This document shows, piece by piece, positions 45,001 through 56,844 of a stretch of 64,000 bases of DNA. Within the stretch, counting starts at the first letter, position 1. Each line of letters opens with the position of its first letter. A program made the position numbers and the translations under genes. Under the pieces are notes generated by a model, which saw nothing but the letters and a program-made list of their open reading frames with translations, did no database searches and was not told the origin of the DNA. The stretch is from the NCBI GenBank assembly GCA_964016885.1, contig CAXHJY010000105.1, positions 744,001-808,000 of the forward strand, in the 5' to 3' direction. The stretch is from Eledone cirrhosa. Taxonomy: Eukaryota.

Positions 45001-48000
45001 TACCAGGACATCACCACCAACAAGTGATGTGTGACAAGTGTTTGTGGACAGTTGATACCAGGACATCACCTCCAACAAGTGATGTGTGACAAGTGTTTGT
45101 GGACAGTTGATACCAGGACATCACCACCAACAAGTGATGTGTGACAAGTGTTTGTGGACAGTTGATACCAGGACATCACCTCCAACAAGTGATGTGTGAC
45201 AAGTGTTTGTGGACAGTTGATACCAGGACATCACCACCAACAAGTGATGTGTGACAACTGTTTGTGGACAATTGATACCAGGACATCACCTCCAACAAGT
45301 GATGTGTGACAACTGATTGTGGACAGTTGATACCAGGACATCACCTCCAACAAGTGATGTGTGACAACTGTTTGTGGACAATTGATACCAGGACATCACC
45401 TCCAACAAGTGATGTGTGACAAGTGTTTGTGGACAGTTGATACCAGGACATCACCTCCAACAAGTGATGTGTGACAACTGTTTGTGGACAGTTGATACCA
45501 GGACATCACCAATAACAAGTGATGTGTGACAACTGTTTGTGGACAGTTGATACCAGGACATCACCTCCAACAAGTGATGTGTGACAACTGTTTGTGGACA
45601 GTTGATACCAGGACATCACCTCCAACAAATGATGTGTGACAACTGTTTGTGGACAGTTGATACCAGGACATCACCTCCAACAAGTGATGTGTGACAACTG
45701 TTTGTGGACAGTTGATACCAGGACATCACCAGCAACAAGTGATGTGTGACAAGTGTTTGTGGACAGTTGATACCAGGACATCACCTCCAACAAGTGATGT
45801 GTGACAAGTGTTTGTGGACAGTTGATACCAGGACATCACCACCAACAGATGATGTGTGACAAGTGTTTGTGGACAGTTGATACTAGGACATCACCTCCAA
45901 CAAGTGATTGTGACAAGTGTTTGTGGACAGTTGATACCAGGACATCACCAGCAACAAGTGATGTGTGACAAGTGTTTGTGGACAGTTGATACCAGGACAT
46001 CACCTCCAACAAATGATGTGTGACAACTGTTTGTGGACAGTTGATACCAGGACATCACCACCAACAGATGATGTGTGACAAGTGTTTGTGGACAGTTGAT
46101 ACCAGGACATCACCTCCAACAAGTGATGTGTGACAACTGTTTGTGGACAGTTGATACCAAAACATCACCTCCAACAAGTGATGTGTGACAACTGTTTGTG
46201 GACAGTTGATACCAGGACATCACCTCCAACAAATGATGTGTGACAACTGTTTGTGGACAGTTGATACCAGGACATCACCAGTAACAAGTGATGTGTGACA
46301 ACTGTTTGTGGACAGTTGATACCAGGACATCACCTCCAACAAGTGATGTGTGACAACTTTTTGTGGACAGTTGATAACAGGACATCACCTCCAACAAGTG
46401 ATGTGTGACAAGTGTTTGTGGACAGTTGATACCAGGACATCACCAGCAACAAGTGATGTGTGACAAGTGTTTGTGGACAGTTGATACCAGGACATCACCT
46501 CCAACAAGTGATGTGTGACAACTGTTTGTGGACAGTTGATACCAGGACATCACCTCCAACAAGTGATGTGTGACAACTGTTTGTGGACAGTTGATACCAG
46601 GACATCACCACCAACAAATGATGTGTGACAACTGTTTGTGGACAGTTGATACCAGGACATCACCTCCAACAAATGATGTGTGACAAGTGTTTGTGGACAG
46701 TTGATACCAGGACATCACCAGCAACAAGTGATGTGTGACAACTGTTTGTGGACAGTTGATACCAGGACATCACCAGTAACAAGTGATGTGTGACAACTGT
46801 TTGTGGACAGTTGATACCAGGACATCACCTCCAACAAGTGATGTGTGACAACTGTTTGTGGACAGTTGATACCAGGACATCACCTCCAACAAGTGATGTG
46901 TGACAACTGTTTGTGGACAGTTGATACCAGGACATCACCTCCAACAAATGATGTGTGACAACTGTTTGTGGACAGTTGATACCAGGACATCACCTCCAAC
47001 AAGTGATGTGTGACAAGTGTTTGTGGACAGTTGATACCAGGACATCACCTCCAACAAGTGATGTGTGACAACTGTTTGTGGACAGTTGATACCAGGACAT
47101 CACCTCCAACAAGTGATGTGTGACAAGTGTTTGTGGACAGTTGATACCAGGACATCACCAGCAACAAGTGATGTGTGACAAGTGTTTGTGGACAGTTGAT
47201 ACCAGGACATCACCTCCAACAAATGATGTGTGACAACTGTTTGTGGACAGTTGATACCAGGACATCACCACCAACAGATGATGTGTGACAAGTGTTTGTG
47301 GACAGTTGATACCAGGACATCACCTCCAACAAGTGATGTGTGACAAGTGTTTGTGGACAGTTGATACCAGGACATCACCTCCAACAAATGATGTGTGACA
47401 ACTGTTTGTGGACAGTTGATACCAGGACATCACCAGTAACAAGTGATGTGTGACAACTGTTTGTGGACAGTTGATACCAGGACATCACCTCCAACAAGTG
47501 ATGTGTGACAAGTGTTTGTGGACAGTTGATACCAGGACATCACCTCCAACAAGTGATGTGTGACAACTGTTTGTGGACAGTTGATACCAGGACATCACCT
47601 CCAACAAGTGATGTGTGACAAGTGTTTGTGGACAGTTGATACCAGGACATCACCTCCAACAAATGATGTGTGACAACTGTTTGTTGACAGTTGATACCAG
47701 GACATCACCAGTAACAAGTGATGTGTGACAACTGTTTGTGGACAGTTGATACCAGGACATCACCAGCAACAAGTGATGTGTGACAAGTGTTTGTGGACAG
47801 TTGATACCAGGACATCACCACCAAGTGATGTGTGACAACTGATTGTGGACAGTTGATACCAGGACATCACCTCCAACAAGTGATGTGTGACAACTGTTTG
47901 TGGACAGTTGATACCAGGACATCACCTCCAACAAGTGATGTGTGACAACTGTTTGTGGACAGTTGATACCAGGACATCACCACCAACAAATGATGTGTGA

Positions 48001-51000
48001 CAACTGTTTGTGGACAGTTGATACCAGGACATCACCACCAACAAATGATGTGTGACAACTGTTTGTGCACAGTTGATACCAGGACATCACCTCCAACAAA
48101 TGATGTGTGACAAGTGTTTGTGGACAGTTGATACCAGGACATCACCAGCAACAAGTGATGTGTGACAACTGTTTGTGGACAATTGATACCAGGACATCAC
48201 CTCCAACAAGTGATGTGTGACAACTGTTTGTGGACAGTTGATACCAGGACATCACCACCAACAAATGATGTGTGACAACTGTTTGTGGACAGTTGATACC
48301 AGGACATCACCACCAACAAGTGATGTGTGACAACCGTTTGTGGACAGTTGATACCAGGACATCACCTCAACAAGTGATGTGTGACAACTGTTTGTGGACC
48401 GTTGATACCAGGACATCACCTCCAACAAATGATGTGTGACAAGTATTTGTGGACAGTTGATACCAGGACATCACCAGCAACAAGTGATGTGTGACAACTG
48501 TTTGTGGACAGTTGATACTAGGACATCACCAGCAACAAGTGATGTGTGACAAGTGTTTGTGGACAGTTGATACCAGGACATCACCTCCAACAAGTGATGT
48601 GTGACAAGTGTTTGTGGACAGTTGATACCAGGACATCACCTCCAACAAGTGATGTGTGACAACTGTTTGTGGACAGTTGATACCAGGACATCACCACCAA
48701 CAAGTGTTTGTGGACAGTTGATACCAGGACATCACCACCAACAGATGTGTGACAAGTGTTTGTGGACAGTTGATACCAGGATATCACCTCAAACAAGTGA
48801 TGTGTGACAACTGTTTGTGAACAGTTGATACCAGGACATCACCTCCAACAAGTGATGTGTGACAAGTGTTTGTGGACAGTTGATACCAGGACATCACCTC
48901 CAACAAATGATGTGTGACAACTGTTTGTGGACAGTTGATACCAGGACATCACCAGTAACAAGTGATGTGTGACAACTGTTTGTGGACAGTTGATACCAGG
49001 ACATCACCTCCAACAAGTGATGTGTGACAACTGTTTGTGGACAGTTGATACCAGGACATCACCAGCAACAAGTGATGTGTGACAAGTGTTTGTGGACAGT
49101 TGGTACCAGGACATCACCACCAACAAATGATGTGTGACAACTGTTTGTGGACAGTTGATACCAGGACATCACCTCCAACAAGTGATGTGTGACAACTGTT
49201 TGTGGACAGTTGATACCAGGACATCACCTCCAACAAATGATGTGTGACAACTGTTTGTGGACAGTTGGTACCAGGACATCACCACCAACAAATGATGTGT
49301 GACAACTGTTTGTGGACAGTTGAAACCAGGACATCACCTCCAACAAGTGATGTGTGACAAGTGTTTGTGGACAGTTGATACCAGGACATCACCCCCAACA
49401 AGTGATGTGTGACAAGTGTTTGTGGACAGTTGATACCAGGACATCACCACCAACAAATGTGTGACAAGTGTTTGTGGACAGTTGATACCAGGACGTCACC
49501 TCCAACAAGTGATGTGTGACAACTGTTTGTGGACAGTTGATACCAGGACATCACCTCCAACAAGTGATGTGTGACAACTGTTTGTGGACAGTTGATACCA
49601 GGACATCACCTCCAACAAGTGATGTGTGACAACTGTTTGTGGACAGTTGATACCAGGACATCACCTCCAACAAATGATGTGTGACAAGTGTTTGTGGACA
49701 GTTGATACCAGGACATCACCAGCAACAAGTGATGTGTGACAACTGTTTGTGGACAGTTGATACCAGGACATCACCAGCAACAAGTGATGTGTGACAACTG
49801 TTTGTGGACAGTTGATACCAGGACATCACCTCCAACAAGTGATGTGTGACAAGTGTTTGTGGACAGTTGATACCAGGACATCACCTCCAACAAGTGATGT
49901 GTGACAACTGTTTGTGGACAGTTGATACCAGGACATCACCACCAACAAGTGATGTGTGACAACTGTGTGTGGACAGTTGATACCAGGACATCACCTCCAA
50001 CAAGTGATGTGTGACAACTGTTTGTGGACAATTGATACCAGGACATCACCAGTAACAAGTGATGTGTGACAACTGTTTGTGGACAGTTGATACCAGGACA
50101 TCACCACCAATAAGTGATGGGTGACAACTGTTTGTGGACAGTTGGTACCAGGACATCACCACCAACAAATGACGTGTGACAAGTGTTTGTGGACAGTTGA
50201 TACCAGGACATCACCACCAACAAGTGATGTGTGACAACTGTTTGTGGACAGTTGATACCAGGACATCACCACCAACAAGTGATGTGTGACAAGTGTTCGT
50301 GGACAGTTGATACCAGGACATCACCTTCAACAAATGATGTGTGACAACTGTTTGTGGACAGTTGATACCAGGACATCACCACCAACAGATGATGTGTGAC
50401 AAGTGTTTGTGGACAGTTGATACCAGGACATCACCTCCAACAAGTGATGTGTGACAACTGTTTGTGGACAGTTGATACCAGGACATCACCTCCAACAAGT
50501 GATGTGTGACAAGTGTTTGTGGACAGTTGATACCAGGACATCACCTCCAACAAATGATGTGTGACAACTGTTTGTTGACAGTTGATACCAGGACATCACC
50601 AGTAACAAGTGATGTGTGACAACTGTTTGTGGACAGTTGATACCAGGACATCACCAGCAACAAGTGATGTGTGACAAGTGTTTGTGGACAGTTGATACCA
50701 GGACATCACCACCAAGTGATGTGTGACAACTGATTGTGGACAGTTGATACCAGGACATCACCTCCAACAAGTGATGTGTGACAACTGTTTGTGGACAGTT
50801 GATACCAGGACATCACCTCCAACAAGTGATGTGTGACAACTGTTTGTGGACAGTTGATACCAGGACATCACCACCAACAAATGATGTGTGACAACTGTTT
50901 GTGGACAGTTGATACCAGGACATCACCACCAACAAATGATGTGTGACAACTGTTTGTGGACAGTTGATACCAGGACATCACCTCCAACAAATGATGTGTG

Positions 51001-53626
51001 ACAAGTGTTTGTGGACAGTTGATACCAGGACATCACCAGCAACAAGTGATGTGTGACAACTGTTTGTGGACAATTGATACCAGGACATCACCTCCAACAA
51101 GTGATGTGTGACAACTGTTTGTGGACAGTTGATACCAGGACATCACCACCAACAAATGATGTGTGACAACTGTTTGTGGACAGTTGATACCAGGACATCA
51201 CCTCCAACAAGTGATGTGTGACAAGTGTTTGTGGACAGTTGATACCAGGACATCACCAGCAACAAGTGATGTGTGACAACTGTTTGTGGACAGTTGATAC
51301 CAGGACATCACCTCCAACAAGTGATGTGTGACAACTGTTTGTGGACAGTTGATACCAGGACATCACCACCAACAAGTGATGTGTGACAACTGTTTGTGGA
51401 CAGTTGATACCAGGACATCACCACCAACAAGTGATGTGTGACAACCGTTTGTGGACAGTTGATACCAGGACATCACCTCAACAAGTGATGTGTGACAACC
51501 GTTTGTGGACAGTTGATACCAGGACATCACCTCCAACAAATGATGTGTGACAAGTGTTTGTGGACAGTTGATACCAGGACATCACCAGCAACAAGTGATG
51601 TGTGACAACTCTTTGTGGACAGTTGATACTAGGACATCACCATCAACAAGTGATGTGTGACAAGTGTTTGTGGACAGTTGATACCAGGACATCACCTCCA
51701 ACAAGTGATGTGTGACAAGTGTTTGTGGACAGTTGATACCAGGACATCACCTCCAACAAGTGATGTGTGACAACTGTTTGTGGACAGTTGATACCAGGAC
51801 ATCACCACCAACAAGTGTTTGTGGACAGTTGATACCAGGACATCACCACCAACAGATGTGTGAGAAGTGTTTGTGGACAGTTGATACCAGGATATCACCT
51901 CAAACAAGTGATGTGTGACAACTGTTTGTGAACAGTTGATACCAGGACATCACCTCCAACAAGTGATGTGTGACAAGTGTTTGTGGACAGTTGATACCAG
52001 GACATCACCTCCAACAAATGATGTGTGACAACTGTTTGTGGACAGTTGATACCAGGACATCACCAGTAACAAGTGATGTGTGACAACTGTTTGTGGACAG
52101 TTGATACCAGGACATCACCTCCAACAAGTGATGTGTGACAACTGTTTGTGGACAGTTGATACCAGGACATCACCAGCAACAAGTGATGTGTGACAAGTGT
52201 TTGTGGACAGTTGGTACCAGGACATCACCACCAACAAATGATGTGTGACAACTGTTTGTGGACAGTTGATACCAGGACATCACCTCCAACAAGTGATGTG
52301 TGACAACTGTTTGTGGACAGTTGATACCAGGAGATCACCTCCAACAAATGATGTGTGACAACTGTTTGTGGACAGTTGGTACCAGGACATCACCACCAAC
52401 AAATGATGTGTGACAACTGTTTGTGGACAGTTGAAACCAGGACATCACCTCCAACAAGTGATGTGTGACAAGTGTTTGTGGACAGTTGATACCAGGACAT
52501 CACCCCCAACAAGTGATGTGTGACAAGTGTTTGTGGACAGTTGATACCAGGACATCACCACCAACAAATGTGTGACAAGTGTTTGTGGACAGTTGATACC
52601 AGGACGTCACCTCCAACAAGTGATGTGTGACAACTGTTTGTGGACAGTTGATACCAGGACATCACCTCCAACAAGTGATGTGTGACAACTGTTTGTGGAC
52701 AGTTGATACCAGGACATCACCTCCAACAAGTGATGTGTGACAACTGTTTGTGGACAGTTGATACCAGGACATCACCTCCAACAAATGATGTGTGACAAGT
52801 GTTTGTGGACAGTTGATACCAGGACATCACCAGCAACAAGTGATGTGTGACAACTGTTTGTGGACAGTTGATACCAGGACATCACCAGCAACAAGTGATG
52901 TGTGACAACTGTTTGTGGACAGTTGATACCAGGACATCACCTCCAACAAGTGATGTGTGACAAGTGTTTGTGGACAGTTGATACCAGGACATCACCTCCA
53001 ACAAGTGATGTGTGACAACTGTTTGTGGACAGTTGATACCAGGACATCACCACCAACAAGTGATGTGTGACAACTGTTTGTGGACAGTTGATACCAGGAC
53101 ATCACCTCCAACAAGTGATGTGTGACAACTGTTTGTGGACAATTGATACCAGGACATCACCAGTAACAAGTGATGTGTGACAACTGTTTGTGGACAGTTG
53201 ATACCAGGACATCACCACCAATAAGTGATGGGTGACAACTGTTTGTGGACAGTTGGTACCAGGACATCACCACCAACAAATGACGTGTGACAAGTGTTTG
53301 TGGACAGTTGATACCAGGACATCACCACCAACAAGTGATGTGTGACAATTGTTTGTGGACAGTTGATACCAGTACATCACCACCAACAAGTGATGTGTGA
53401 CAAGTGTTTGTGGACAGTTGATACCAGGACATCACCTCCAACAAGTGATGTGTGACAAGTGTTTGTGGACAGTTGATACCAGGACATCACCTCCAACAAG
53501 TGATGTGTGACAAGTGTTTGTGGACAGTTGATACCAGGACATCACCTCCAACAAGTGATGTGTGACAACTGTTTGTGGACAGTTGATACCAGGACATCAC
53601 CTCCAAGAAGTGATGTGTGACAAGTG
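1..53626. repeat. 55-bp satellite array, about 980 monomers, continuing past the left edge; consensus GATGTGTGACAA(C/G)TGTTTGTGGACAGTTGATACCAGGACATCACC(TC/AC/AG)CAACAA(G/A)T
   Basis: Head-to-tail 55-bp units read directly over the whole interval in one orientation, with recurrent 38-bp and rare 41/52/60-bp length variants. It ends at ...gtgacaagtg (53,626). The copy number is length divided by 55, an estimate. Confidence 0.99.
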
Positions 53627-53629
53627 GAT

Positions 53630-53850
53630 AACAACAGTAATAATAGTTTCTGATTTAGACACAAGGCCATCAATTTGGGGGAGGGGAAAGTTAATTAAAT
53701 CAACCCAGTGTATTACTGGTATTTTATCGACACCATAAGGATGAAAGGCAGAGCTAACCTGAGCAGGATTTGAACTCAGAACGTTAAGAGACGTAACTAT
53801 GCTGCAAAGCATGTTGTCTGATGCTCTACTGATTAGTACCAATCCACTGC
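53630..53850 (-). mobile_element. tRNA-derived SINE (family A), near full length
   Basis: The minus strand has a tRNA-like head with B-box GAGTTCAAATCC, a central GCCTTTCATCCTTATGGTGTCGATAAAATACCAG block and a (TAT/TGT)n tail. A closely similar copy lies at 62,041-62,233. Confidence 0.85.
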
Positions 53851-53852
53851 AC

Positions 53853-55695
53853 TAACATGTGGTGCTGTGTAGTACTGGGGGGGGGACATGTGGTGGTGTG
53901 TTGTACTGGGGGGACAACATGTGCTGGTGTGTAGTACTGGGGCGACATGTTGACATGTGGTGGTGTGTAGTATTGGGGTGGAGACAACATGTGGTGGTGT
54001 GTAGTACTGGGGGACATGGTAACATGTGGTGGTGTGTAGTACTGGGGGGGACATAACATGTGGTTATGTGTAGTACTGGGGGGACATGGTAACATGTGGT
54101 GGTGTGTAGTACTGGGGGGACATGGGAACATGTGGTGGTGTGTAGTACTGGGGGGCGGGGCATGGTAATGTGGTGGTGTGTAGTACTGGGGTGGACATAA
54201 CATGTGGTGGTGTGTAGTACTGGGGGGACATGGTAACATGTGGTGGTGTGTAGTACTGGGGGGGCATGGTTACATGTGGTGGTGTGTAGTACTGGGGTGG
54301 ACATAACATGTGGTGGTGTGTAGTACTTGGGGGACATGGTAACATGTGGTGGTGTGTAGTACTGGGGTGGACATAACATGTGATGGTGTGTAGTGCTGTG
54401 GTAGACATAACATGTGGTGGTGTGTAGTGCTGGAGTAGACATAACATGTGGTGGTGTGTAGTACTGGGGTAGACAATGTGGTGGTGTGTAGTACTGGGGG
54501 GGGACATGGTAACATGTGGTGGTGTGTAGTACTGGGGGGACATATCATGTGGTGGTGTGTAGTACTGGGGGGACATAACATGTGGTGGTGTGTAGTACTG
54601 GGGTGGACATAAAATGTGGTGGTGTGTAGTACTGGGGTGGACATGACATGTGGTGGTGGTGTAGTACTGGGGGAGACATAACATGTGGTGGTGTGTAGTA
54701 CTGGGGTGGACATAACATGTGGTGATGTGTAGTACTGGGGTGGACATATGTGGTGGTGTGTAGTACTGGGATAGACATAACATGTGGTGGTGTGTAGTGC
54801 TGGGGTGGACATAACATGTGGTGGTGTGTAGTACTGGGGGGGGGCATAACATGTGGTGGTGTGTAGTGCTGGGGGGACATAACATGTGGTGGTGTGTAGT
54901 ACTGGGGGGGGGGGCATAACATGTGGTGGTGTGTAGTGCTGGGGTAGACATAACATGTGGTGGTGTGTAGTGCTGGGGTAGACATAACATGTGGTGGTGT
55001 GTAGTGCTGGGGTAGACATAACATGTGGTGGTGTTTAGTACTGGGGTAGACAATGTGGTGGTGTGTAGTACTGGGAGGGACATGGTAACATGTGGTGGTG
55101 TGTAGTACTGGGGGGACATAACATGTGGTGGTGTGTAGTACTGGGGGGGGGGCATAACATGTGGTGGTGTGTAGTACTGGGGGGACATAACATGTGGTGG
55201 TGTGTAGTGCTGGGGGGGGGCATAACATGTGGTGGTGTGTAGTACTGGGGGGACATAACATGTGGTGGTGTGTAGTACTGGGGTGGACATAATATGTGGT
55301 GTAGTACTGGGGGGACTACACATGTGGTGGTGTGTAGTACTGGGGTGGACATAACATGTGGTGATGTGTAGTACTGGGGTAGACATAACATGTGGTGGTG
55401 TGTAGTGCTGGGGTAGACATAACATGTGGTGGTGTGTAGTACTGGGGTGGACATAACATGTGGTGGTGTGTAGTACTGGGGGGCATAACATGTGGTGGTG
55501 TGTAGTGCTGGGGGGGACATAACATGTGGTGGTGTGTAGTACTGGGCTAGACAGTGTGGTGGTGTGTAGTACTGGGGGGGGGACATGTGGTGGTGTGTAG
55601 TACTGGGGTAGACAATGTGGTGGTGTGTAGTACTGGGGGGACATGGTAACGTGGTGGTGGTGTGTAGTACTGGGGGGACATGGTAACATGTGGTG
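53853..55695. repeat. About 34-bp G-rich minisatellite (CATGTGGTGGTGTGTAGTACTGGGG(T/G)GGACATAA), about 54 copies
   Basis: Tandem units of about 30-38 bp with a variable G-run and ACATGT and AGTACT palindromes. It explains the Pro/His/Thr-rich ORFs. Confidence 0.98.
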
Positions 55696-55718
55696 CTTGT
55701 TTCTAGTTTTAAACATAC

Positions 55719-55902
55719 CGAGTTTCAAATGCCGGGTTCCAGGTGTTGAAGTCATCAAAATTCCTCCGAGAACTGTTACTTGAGGGTTCTGTAGAACCTA
55801 GAGGCTGGAAACCAGGAGGTACTGAACGGGTCTTAGTTGCCCAAATATCTTGGTTCCGTGATGTTGGATGTGATATAGGAGTTGAATCAAACCGACAAGA
55901 AG
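55719..55902 (-). CDS. Internal coding exon (184 nt, phase 1 to 2) of an uncharacterised gene: (P)SCRFDSTPISHPTSRNQDIWATKTRSVPPGFQPLGSTEPSSNSSRRNFDDFNTWNPAFET(R)
   Basis: Acceptor tttctattttttgtag|CT and donor CG|gtatgt. The frame is open and matches the phase of exon 58,779-58,904. Translated by hand; not in the ORF track. Confidence 0.8.
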
Positions 55903-56077
55903 CTACAAAAAATAGAAATAATTTTATTAAAACTTTAAGTTAAAAGCTTGAACGCGCCTTTTTTTTTTAACATGAAAAGTTATGGTTTATATTCCCTAAG
56001 AAGTTGAGCAGATAAACTCCTGAAGACACAGTCCCCTTTTTCTGTCTCCAGGAGCTTATATACCTAGCTTGTTAGAC

Positions 56078-56278
56078 TATGAGGGTTAGCTGAAAAGTTC
56101 ATAGCCTGACTATGAAGGAGTGATGCTAGAGTTGTGAAATCTTGCATGCATTAATTTCAACTCTTCTTATTAATAACTGTATTGTTTCTTTCCAGGGACT
56201 ATGTTGAAAAATAAACCTCATTTGGTCATCCATGAGAGTATCATGGTCAGCATATGAATTTCTCAGCTGCCCCTCGTA
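56078..56278. mobile_element. Tc1/mariner-type MITE (about 200 bp) with TA target sites
   Basis: Left end TA-tgagggttagctgaaaagttcata and right end tatgaatttctcagctgcccctcg-TA are imperfect inverted repeats of the CGAGGG mariner type. Part of the right end is repeated at 56,279-56,330. Confidence 0.75.
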
Positions 56279-56844
56279 TGTTGAAAAATAAACCTTATTT
56301 GGTCATTCCATGAGAGTATCTTGGTCAGCCTACCGTCATATTTTCAGTCATAAAAACAAAAGGCTGTATTTTAAGCTAGTTAAAAGTTTCAATAAAGTAC
56401 AAACCACAGAACGTTTTTCAAAATAGATTATAAATAAATACTAACAATTGTTTCTAACGTTTATATAAGTGGAGAGGGTTGGGCTCCACCAGGTTTAAAA
56501 GGGCCCTAGACACTCCGTATGACGGCACCTCTACAACTCCACAACGAGTTATGGGATCTTTATCCTTTTTATTATATCTACATGCATATATATTTGAAAT
56601 ATCAATATACACACTACACTTCTGGTTTTCTGCTAGTAATATTTAATGTATAAAGAAAATTAATTGTTGCAGGAATACTACCACTTAAAATAAAATTTTG
56701 CCGGAGATAGATTAACAAAATCTAGTAAGGATGGGGGGGGGGCCTGAAGGATCTGAGAAATGGGTGGGGGGGGGGGAGTTATTCAAGATCTGAGGGTAAG
56801 CAAAAGGATACAAATTTTAGGAAGGGTACATTCAATTCGTGAAG

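Noticed and set aside
464-51918. Dozens of 60-126 aa ORFs (MLEVMSWYQL...) as a tandem gene family or a TGA-readthrough/selenoprotein
   Set aside because: The unit of 55 is not a multiple of 3. The ORFs appear only where a deletion or point variant skips the TGA, they start at TTG/GTG, and indels do not preserve frame.
1-53626. CRISPR-like array (palindromic repeat with a variable part)
   Set aside because: There are no unique spacers. The variable part is 2-3 nt drawn from a few recurring alleles, there are no cas genes and the context is eukaryotic.
1-53626. Array of 23-nt micro-exons (acag|TTGTCAC...GGAG|gtgatg on the minus strand)
   Set aside because: The implied introns are 32 nt with no pyrimidine tract and a weak donor, and the very common CAAGTG variant removes the AG.
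53826-55758. Extensin-like or adhesive-like Pro/His/Tyr ORFs up to 564 aa
   Set aside because: These translate a 34-bp repeat with frame-shifting G-run variation, open in several frames. The true exon frame stops (CGG TAT GTT TAA) just past the donor.
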